Assembly (NCBI GenBank): GCA_951406725.2
Contig: OX597818.1
Coordinates: forward strand, 116,622,001-116,686,000
Length of the DNA: 64,000 nucleotides
Source: Octopus vulgaris
Taxonomy: Eukaryota
Direction: 5' to 3'
The notes beneath the pieces are model-generated. The model ran no database searches. It was not told the origin of the DNA and saw only the letters and a program-made list of their open reading frames with translations. The stretch's first letter is position 1. Every line of letters begins with the position of its first letter. Shown piece after piece: positions 55,951-64,000 of the stretch. The position numbers were made by a program, and so were the translations under genes.

Positions 55951-56795
55951 TTGTGCGTGGATGTATATTTTTAAAGATCGTTATTACATGTTAGATAAAA
56001 ATTGAGGTGCAATGTAAAGGATGTTTCCTGGAAAAGAAATTTTTCGAATATTATGAAATGTTTTTGGCTTTTCGTTTTGAAAATAATAAATGCGTAAAAC
56101 TTTGGAAAGCAAAGTGGAGCTGAAATTTGTAGAGTAGAGGCGTTGAAGCTAATCAAAAGATTGAAAACATTACTTGTATCTGTAGTATCATATTTCTTCG
56201 ATTATAAATCGTCTAAGTAATATACCGACAAGAAACAAGTCATGGTAATTAAAATACTGAGCTGAAGATATTAATTAATTTTTACGAAAAGTGAAAGAAA
56301 TATTGAGCACCCTTATCACAGCACTCATTAAGCTTCAATAATTCAACTATTCTCAAAAGGGAATCAGCTGTGGATTCGTGTATGAACTAAATGGAAATTA
56401 GGGAATACGATTTTAACTTTGTATTGTAATAATTCTATAGCGTCGATGAGACAAATCGCACGATGAAGGTAAAAAAGAAAACATTTTCGCGGGATGTCAT
56501 TTTATCTGACGTTATTTAGCTAAAATTTTAGCGGTTAATATTCTTATAACTATGCTTGATTTACAGAAAATACGTTTTTAAATACGACCAATCTGTATAG
56601 CAATACACTTCAGTGAATCTATAATTCGTAATAAATTCTAGGAGGAAATAGAGAATAAAGCTGTTATTAATGAAATTGTTATCTCAATAAATCCATTGTA
56701 TAAACCAGTTATCATACACACTTGAACTAATGTCATCTCCCTCTCTCACTTACTCCCTTTCTTATCCCATCTCTCCCCTCTTTACTCTCTCTCTC

Positions 56796-56854
<59 letters not shown>

Positions 56855-56863
56855 GTATATATA

Positions 56864-57079
56864 CGAGGGAGTTCTCATAAGTTCCTGGCATTGGGTAAAA
56901 GAAAATAGAGAAGGAACAATTAATTATGATTTTATTCAACACATTCCCCTCTCAGATTCACACAGTCATTTCAGCAGTCTTTCAGTTTTCCCACGCCCTC
57001 TGAAAGAGCAGAGAAGTTTGTACCTCCAACCAAGCCTTTCGCAATACTCTTAAAACCAGGAACTTTTCAACACCCCTGG
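56864..57079. mobile_element. Mariner-type MITE
   Basis: TA|cgagggagttctcataagttcctgg ... ccaggaacttttcaacacccctgg|TA; imperfect TIRs, TA on both sides. Confidence 0.78.
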
Positions 57080-57140
<61 letters not shown>

Positions 57141-57198
57141 GTATGATGTAACCTGTTCAGCTTTTCCACAAGTTTATCCACAAGTACGTGGATAAACA

Positions 57199-57472
57199 TA
57201 ATAATAATAATAATGTTCGTCCTTCCGTGTTCGAAGATGACCATTGACATCATTTGGTGGAATTGCTGCTATGAGACCGGAGCTGGCTGGTGAGGCCAAT
57301 ACGGGCAAGAAAGCCCCTCCCATAGGTGGGGCAGAAGTGGGTAGGGGCTGTGCTATTGGTGCAGGTGGCTCTGGCTTTCCGCATCTGGCGTTTCTGTTCT
57401 GCTGACTGAATCCGTCTCTCCTCGGCTGTCTTTGCTCCTGTGGTGATTGCGCTGCGCCAGGATGACCGCGAT
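57199..57472 (-). pseudogene. RTE/BovB-like LINE 3' end with (TTA)n tail
   Basis: RSSWRSAITTGAKTAEERRIQSAEQKRQMRK..CPT(Y)GRGFLARIGLTS(Q)LRSH*, short 3'UTR, (TTA)n. Confidence 0.88.
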
Positions 57473-57674
57473 TTCACGCATGAAATTATGGACATAGTTT
57501 TCTACATCTCTCTAAAAAAAAATTAAAATCAATTCTTGATAGATACTAAGTATTAATTCAAATTAAATCCGAGATAATGAATTAATTGCATAAAGTTTAT
57601 GGTAATAAAAATAAGTTAATGCTTCTCTCACCTCTCATTCCAAATCAGTAATCAATGTTACAATGAAAACATAT

Positions 57675-57788
57675 TTGTTGTTGTTGTTGCTATTGTGGCT
57701 GTTGCTGTTGTTGTTGTTGTTGTTGTTCTTCTTCTTCTTCTTCTTCTTCTTCTTCTTCTTCTTCTTCATAACAACACACAACAACAAC

Positions 57789-57848
<60 letters not shown>

Positions 57849-57855
57849 AAGAAGA
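57675..57855. repeat. Compound triplet array (TTG)n(TTC)n(CAA)n(TAA)n(GAA)n
   Basis: Direct reading. Confidence 0.95.
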
Positions 57856-57949
57856 GTGCGACTGTTATTGAATGAACAATATTGGTACACTTTTAGAAGA
57901 GTTACACCAATCCTTAAATATTAATAATAATAATAATAGTAATAATAAT

Positions 57950-58175
57950 GATTTCAAATTCTTGCCACAAAGGCAGCTTGGTGATGAGTCGATTATATCG
58001 ACACCGCCCCCACCCTAATGTTCAACTGGTAATTATCGACACCGAAAAGATGAAAGGCAAAGTCGACCTCGGTGGAATTTGAACTGAGAACGTAAAGACA
58101 AACGAAATACCGCTAAGCATTTCGTCCAGCGTGCTAACAATTCGGCCATCTCGCTGCCTTAACAACAACATCAAC

Positions 58176-58231
<56 letters not shown>

Positions 58232-58410
58232 CTTTTCTGCTATAGGCACAAGTCCTGATATTTTGGAGGGGAGGATAAAGTGATTAGCCGACTTTGGTAC
58301 TTTTTATCGACGCCGAATAGATAACAGTCAAAGTCGACCTCGGCGACATTTGAACTTGGAAGATAAAGTACTCCGCATTGCATCCGGTGTGTTAACGATT
58401 CTGTCAACCC
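57950..58410 (-). mobile_element. Two SINE-A copies separated by (TAA)n
   Basis: aaaggcaaagtcgacctcgg..tctcgctgcctt, (TAA)n, then tcttttctgctataggcacaag. Confidence 0.85.
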
Positions 58411-58481
58411 TACGCTGTTTTTTTTCATTACAATAGCAATAACACGAATAATAATATTAATACTAATTAAAACTATACACA

Positions 58482-58913
58482 CTTTTACTCTTTTAAATGT
58501 TTCAGTCATTTGACTGCGGCCATGCTGGAGCACCGACTTTAGTCGAGCAAATCGACCCCAGGACTTATACTTTGTAAGCCTAGTACTTATTCTATCGGTC
58601 TCTTTTACCGAACCGCTAAGTTACTGGAACGTAAATACACCAGCATCGGTTGTCAAGCGATGTTGGGCGGGGGGGGGGGGGGGACAAACACAAACACACA
58701 AGCATGTACACACACATACATATATATATATATATATGTATACATATATACGACGAGTTTCCTTTCAGTTTCCGACTACCAAATTCACTCACAAGGCTTT
58801 GGTCGGTCCGAGGCTATAGTAGAAGACAATTGCCCAAGGTGCCACGCAGTGGGGCTGAACCTGGAACCATGTTGTTGGTAAGCAAGCTATTTACCATACA
58901 GCCACTCCTGCGC
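58482..58913 (-). mobile_element. SINE-B
   Basis: Full reverse-strand copy. Confidence 0.92.
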
Positions 58914-59251
58914 ATAAATAATGATGAATATTATGAATGGCAATGATACGTTTCATAATGCCAAACGAAAATATTTAAGTCACGATAAATATGTCCCAGT
59001 TACAATATGTAAAAGCAAGAATTTTTATCAGATGTTTAATATAATCAGGCAGTGAAATAACAAATAACGGGTCTTCCATAAAAAGCATAAAACTGATAAT
59101 GAAAAAATATATGGAAGAAAATGTGTTCCACAATTATTTTATGTGGAGACATTACAAAATATCACCCTGTTTCTTTCTCTGTCCATCTTTCTTTGAATAT
59201 GTGTGTGCGCCTGTGAATGTGTGTCTAAGTATGTACACATCTATGTATACA

Positions 59252-59397
<146 letters not shown>

Positions 59398-59476
59398 TAA
59401 GCACCTGTGTATACCGTTTGGTGGTGTAGGTGGTGGAGTAAATTGATCAAAATAAAAACATGATGCGAAGGATTCA

Positions 59477-59554
59477 GCGGTACATATGTTTCGGGCCTTT
59501 ATTAGACAGATTTATAACAATGCATAATGTATGTCTGTGGCCTTCTTCAGCCGC
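59477..59554 (-). ncRNA. Minimal type-I hammerhead motif (mirror copy)
   Basis: Reverse complement of 59950-60027. Confidence 0.72.
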
Positions 59555-59949
59555 GCACAACAGCTTCCACAAGGACATGTGTTACATCAAAAATTCTTGG
59601 TTGGGGATGCAAATCCTCCCATTCGCGTACGACATAATGCGGCAGCAGCATAGAATTGAAGCGTCCATCTCTTTCTTCTCTCAATGTAGGATGAGGAAAG
59701 ATGGATGTTGAAGTAATGTAAATAAATAAATACATGTATATACGTGAAGATGGAGGGGACGTATATACATGTATTTATTTATTTACATTACTTCAACATC
59801 CATCTTTCCTCATCCTACATTGAGAGAAGAAAGAGATGGACGCTTCAATTCTATGCTGCTGCCGCATTATGTCGTACGCGAATGGGAGGATTTGCATCCC
59901 CAACCAAGAATTTTTGATGTAACACATGTCCTTGTGGAAGCTGTTGTGC

Positions 59950-60027
59950 GCGGCTGAAGAAGGCCACAGACATACATTATGCATTGTTATAAATCTGTCT
60001 AATAAAGGCCCGAAACATATGTACCGC
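59950..60027 (+). ncRNA. Minimal type-I hammerhead ribozyme motif
   Basis: gcgg-CTGAAGA-a-ggcc..ggcc-c-GAAA-catatg-TA-ccgc; helix I 4 bp, palindromic helix III ACATATGT, GUA triplet (predicted cut after 60023). Confidence 0.72.
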
Positions 60028-60115
60028 TGAATCCTTCGCATCATGTTTTTATTTTGATCAATTTATATATATATATATATATATATATTATATTATATAG
60101 ACATACGTGTATGCA

Positions 60116-60202
<87 letters not shown>

Positions 60203-60212
60203 AATATATATA

Positions 60213-60410
60213 CTTTATTTAAAGCAGCTGAAAATTCAACAAAACCTGTTACTCTGAGTTTCCCGTTGCCGTCCGATGAACGGCAACGGGAAACTCAGAG
60301 TAACAGGTTTTGTTGAATTTTCTGCTGCTTTAACTAAAGCATATTACTCTACCACTGGTATTTGAGTACTCTTTTTTCCACCTTGTTTCACATTTATGTG
60401 TTTACTCCGC
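60213..60410. mobile_element. Second foldback insert (60-bp arms, 7-nt loop, ~70-bp tail) with a variant hammerhead-like motif
   Basis: 60213-60272 is the reverse complement of 60280-60339 (2 mismatches); gt-CCGATGA-a-cg-gcaa-cg-g-GAAA-ctcagag-TA-ac; (TA)n on both sides. Confidence 0.75.
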
Positions 60411-60448
<38 letters not shown>

Positions 60449-60455
60449 TAAATAT

Positions 60456-60508
<53 letters not shown>

Positions 60509-61857
60509 CCTACTTACATACATATATACATATATACAAACACAAACACACATAAGTGCTGGATAGTCTAGTAAATACACTTGAAAAATAAAGAGAACAT
60601 CATTAAAACTGAAATCAAATCATATTCTATGTTATTGGAAGCTTCTTGAAGCTTTACAAATGATTACTTCGTGTTTATTCTTCTCAAAGGACGAACAATT
60701 ATGAAAACTTGAAACCAAGAGAACAGTTAAAATAGAATGCGTTTGAAATGCACGATTATATCTAGGTACTGTTTTACAGATAATATTAAAGCAATATAAT
60801 CTTAGTTGCCCATATTATACACACACATACACAGAAAAAGACTTGTGGGATGTATATGGAAGGAAGTAGTAGATTTGTGGTTAGAAATAGGAATTAAAAG
60901 AAAAAGAATATGTAGGTAGAATATGAAGAATTTTCTTGAAAGTGTGTAAAATTACCAAGCATGTAGGGAAAGGAAGGATTTCTTAAAAGCCTGCGTATTC
61001 TGTTAAATCTGTAGGTATAGAAAACTTGGCGGAAGAGAAATAATTCGATTTAGAAAGAATTTAGCTAAATTTTACAAAGATCGTTGTGAAAGAAAAGTAA
61101 AAGTAAAAAAATGGCGGCGAAAATTCGATTACAGAAAGGAAAACATAGATGAGTCATCTCGGTAAAAAGTATTTTGGTGAAATACAATTGCAAAACTGAT
61201 ATTTTAAAGTGTGTCTGTGAGAACTTATTGATTCAGTTGTTTCATTTACTGCGCGTGAGCTTTGAATTGAGAAATTGCTCACTGAAGTGAAAAAAGTACC
61301 GAAAATCGCTTTGATATATCATATGCATATAAACGCATATCCTGCTTACTTCCTCAATTAATCGGTTTTAATATTTGAAAGCAGGAATCTTGTGTGACAC
61401 CACACAATAATCAATGCTTTCTAAAGGCAATTATTGTCGTGAAACAATACAGTTACATGCAAGCGGTGGCACACTGTTGCCATTGATTAAAAGTAATTTT
61501 AATTGAAATCATTATGTGAAGAAACAAAAGTTTAAAGCAAAATTTCTAATATTTCTGTCTTCTGTAAAGATCTGATGACATGTATATTTTGTGGGCAATA
61601 TTCATTCTTACATTTCAACTAAAATATAGGTTATATAACACAATGTTTTCAGGTCTCTAACGCATTCGGAATATGAAAGGAATATATTCACGTTTATTCT
61701 CAAACGCTTTATTTTGCCTTTCATCATTTCGGGGTCGATATAATAAGTAGGAGTTGAGCACTGGTGCTTATGTGACTGAGTAGTCCCATCTCTACAAAAA
61801 TGTCAGGATTTGTACCTGTAGCACAAGTATATATTAATGCAGACAGTATGGCAAAAT

Positions 61858-62116
61858 GTGAAGGCGCGTGGCTCAGTAGTTAGAGCGTCGAGCTTACGAT
61901 CGTGAGGTTGTGAGTTTGAATCCCGGACCGGGCTGTGTGTTGTGTTCACTCAGCTGTATATATGAGTTGCGATAACACTGGCGGCGTGGAGGGGGGAGGC
62001 TGGTATGCATGGGCGACTGCTGGTCTTCCATAAACAACCTAGCCCGGACTTGTACCTGGGTGGGTAACTTTCTAGGTGAAATCCCATGGTCAGTCATGAC
62101 CGAAGGGGGGTCTCAA
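61858..62116 (+). mobile_element. SINE-D with internal deletions
   Basis: 10-bp TSD atggcaaaat. Confidence 0.9.
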
Positions 62117-62709
62117 ATGGCAAAATATTTAGCTCTCATTCATCATTTACTATTTTGAAAGAAAAGTCAGAAACAAAATTCCTCCAATTGTGCTAAACAT
62201 AAGGTAAACCGTCCATCTAATGCATAATTAGGAAGAGATTCCAACACATGATTTTAATAAAAGAATACTTTATTCATTATTATTTGAAACTCGTGTTTAT
62301 CACTTAACAAATTCTAGAAATTGACACAGGTCAATATTATTGATATTTACACCTCTGTTAATAGTCATTTTGTTTTACTTAAAGCCAAAGACATCTTACA
62401 TTTCGTTGGAACTTAAGCTGATATGCTTTTAAGAAAATAGTCAACGTTTTAGCGATTCAAAATAGCTAAAAATAATCCAAAAAAGTTACTAATTGACACT
62501 TATGAGAATATGTTGTCCTGAACTATGAAATAATTTGCCCTACCTGTTTTACATATTGTTATATAATGAAATTCATGGCTTAAACGAATGGTTTTTATGG
62601 AGATAAATACCAAATTATTAGATATCCTAAGAAAATATCTCACAAAATTACATATACTTTTTATGATTACGATCGTTACAAACACCGAGCTGGAAAAATC
62701 GTTAAAACG

Positions 62710-63302
62710 ACGGACAAAACGCTTAGACAACCACCTAAACGATTTCAGATCAGCATAAGGATTACCATCACCCCATTCGAATTCAACCAGAGAACATAGA
62801 AACACTTGCTTCGGATCGAGCTGAATGGCGAACAAAAGCGTGGAGTGGAGTGAAAGCGTTTGAAGAGGCCGGGATAGCGTATGCAAGACGCAAGCGAGAT
62901 TAGAAGAATGTTACGATCGAAAGGCGAATCACCATGACCTTTTGCTCTGCACAGTTTGTGACAGACCACGCATTTCTTTTGCTGAGCTCGCCTCTCATTT
63001 GAGGACCGATGAAAAACGAACCTCCATCAACTATTATTTTCTATATATCTGTGAACACCTTTCAATGTCCTGTATGCAACAAGGTCTGCAAATCTAACGT
63101 AGGCCTCAAGAGACATTTTAAGGTCCACAAAGATCAGAACTTAACTGCAGCACTTGGTGGTCGAAATCGGATATGCAATCTGTATGGTTCTTTTCAAAAT
63201 ATTGTCTGGTTTAAAAAGCCACATCAAACGCCAGACGCCATGATATCTAAGGTTTAGGTACAAGAGATGGGCAGATTCTGCATAAAGAGTAGACAACCAC
63301 CA
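62710..63302 (+). pseudogene. RTE-clade LINE 3' end with three C2H2-type fingers
   Basis: IQPENIETLASDRAEWRTKAWSGVKAFEE..; CTVCDRPRISFAELASHLR; CPVCNKVCKSNVGLKRHFKVH; CNL(Y)GSF/KILSGLKSHIKR; ends at (TA)n. Confidence 0.82.
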
Positions 63303-63325
63303 TATATATATATATATATATATGT

Positions 63326-63597
63326 TTACCTTTTACTTGTTTTTGTCATGAGATTGTGGCCATGCTGGGACATCGCTTGAAGAATATTTAGTGGTATAAA
63401 TTGACCACAGTACTTATTTTTTTCAACCTGGAACTTATTCTATAGATCTCTTCAGTCGAATCGACACTTTACCGGGACGGAAACACATCATCTTCGGTTG
63501 CCAAGCGGTGGAGGAGGACAAACATAGACACGCAGACACGGACGCACACACAAACGCATACACACACAGATATATATGACGGGCTTCTATCAGTTTC
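63326..63597 (-). mobile_element. Diverged SINE-B 3' portion
   Basis: ttttacttgtttt..ggccatgctgg..gacgggcttct. Confidence 0.75.
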
Positions 63598-63604
63598 TGA
63601 AAGT

Positions 63605-63660
63605 TAATTATATATATATATATATGTGTGTATGTATGTGTGAGTATATGCATATATATA

Positions 63661-63713
<53 letters not shown>

Positions 63714-63719
63714 CTGTTG

Positions 63720-63752
<33 letters not shown>

Positions 63753-63851
63753 CTCTATGTAATTCTTTCTCTCTCTCTCTCTCTCTCTCATAATATATAT
63801 TATATATATATTATATATTATATATTGTTCTTTTTATTATATATATAAATA

Positions 63852-63926
<75 letters not shown>
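63605..63926. repeat. Compound (TA)n/(CT)n microsatellite
   Basis: Direct reading. Confidence 0.92.
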
Positions 63927-63929
<3 letters not shown>

Positions 63930-64000
63930 ATCACATATGTTCCGAATACAGGTATTTGTGCTTATCACATATATAAACGAAATCGATGGTCCTCTGTTAT

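Larger units (their letters stand above)
59439..60065. mobile_element. Apparently perfect inverted repeat (307-bp arms, 13-bp spacer), PLE inverted pLTR-like
   Basis: 59439-59745 is the reverse complement of 59759-60065; spacer gaagatggagggg; identical mirrored ORFs in the track; flanked by (TA)n. Confidence 0.9.

Noticed and set aside
59460-60044. Two identical 83-aa and two identical 62-aa ORFs on opposite strands
   Set aside because: A by-product of the palindrome; no recognisable domain
63009-63257. Host C2H2 zinc-finger gene
   Set aside because: Contiguous with an RTE C-terminus, frameshifted, and lacks TGEKP linkers

Overview
AT-rich eukaryotic non-coding DNA (intergenic or deep intronic) with very dense (TA)n, (TG)n, (ATCT)n and (TAA)n microsatellites and dozens of tRNA-derived SINE copies. 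This repeat content strongly suggests a coleoid cephalopod, most likely Octopus (inference from repeat style, not a database result). I found no intact host protein-coding gene, rRNA, true tRNA or CRISPR. Most ORFs in the track are microsatellite or SINE read-throughs. Recognisable content: four SINE groups (my labels A-D) that share and swap modules, many with target-site duplications (TSDs); decayed non-LTR retrotransposon fragments (four RTE pieces, one with three C-terminal C2H2 fingers, a Hero/R2-superfamily CCHC plus restriction-like endonuclease piece, and a probable Tx1/L1-like piece); a non-autonomous Helitron; a Merlin-like MITE carrying TTAGGG repeats; and Tc1/mariner-type MITEs. 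The best signal is a set of short inserts in or near (TA)n tracts that carry minimal type-I hammerhead ribozyme motifs of the Penelope-like-element (PLE) kind. These include an apparently perfect 307-bp-arm palindrome (59439-60065) with one hammerhead on each strand, a second foldback insert about 150 bp away, and several degenerate relics elsewhere. All coordinates and pairings were read by eye.
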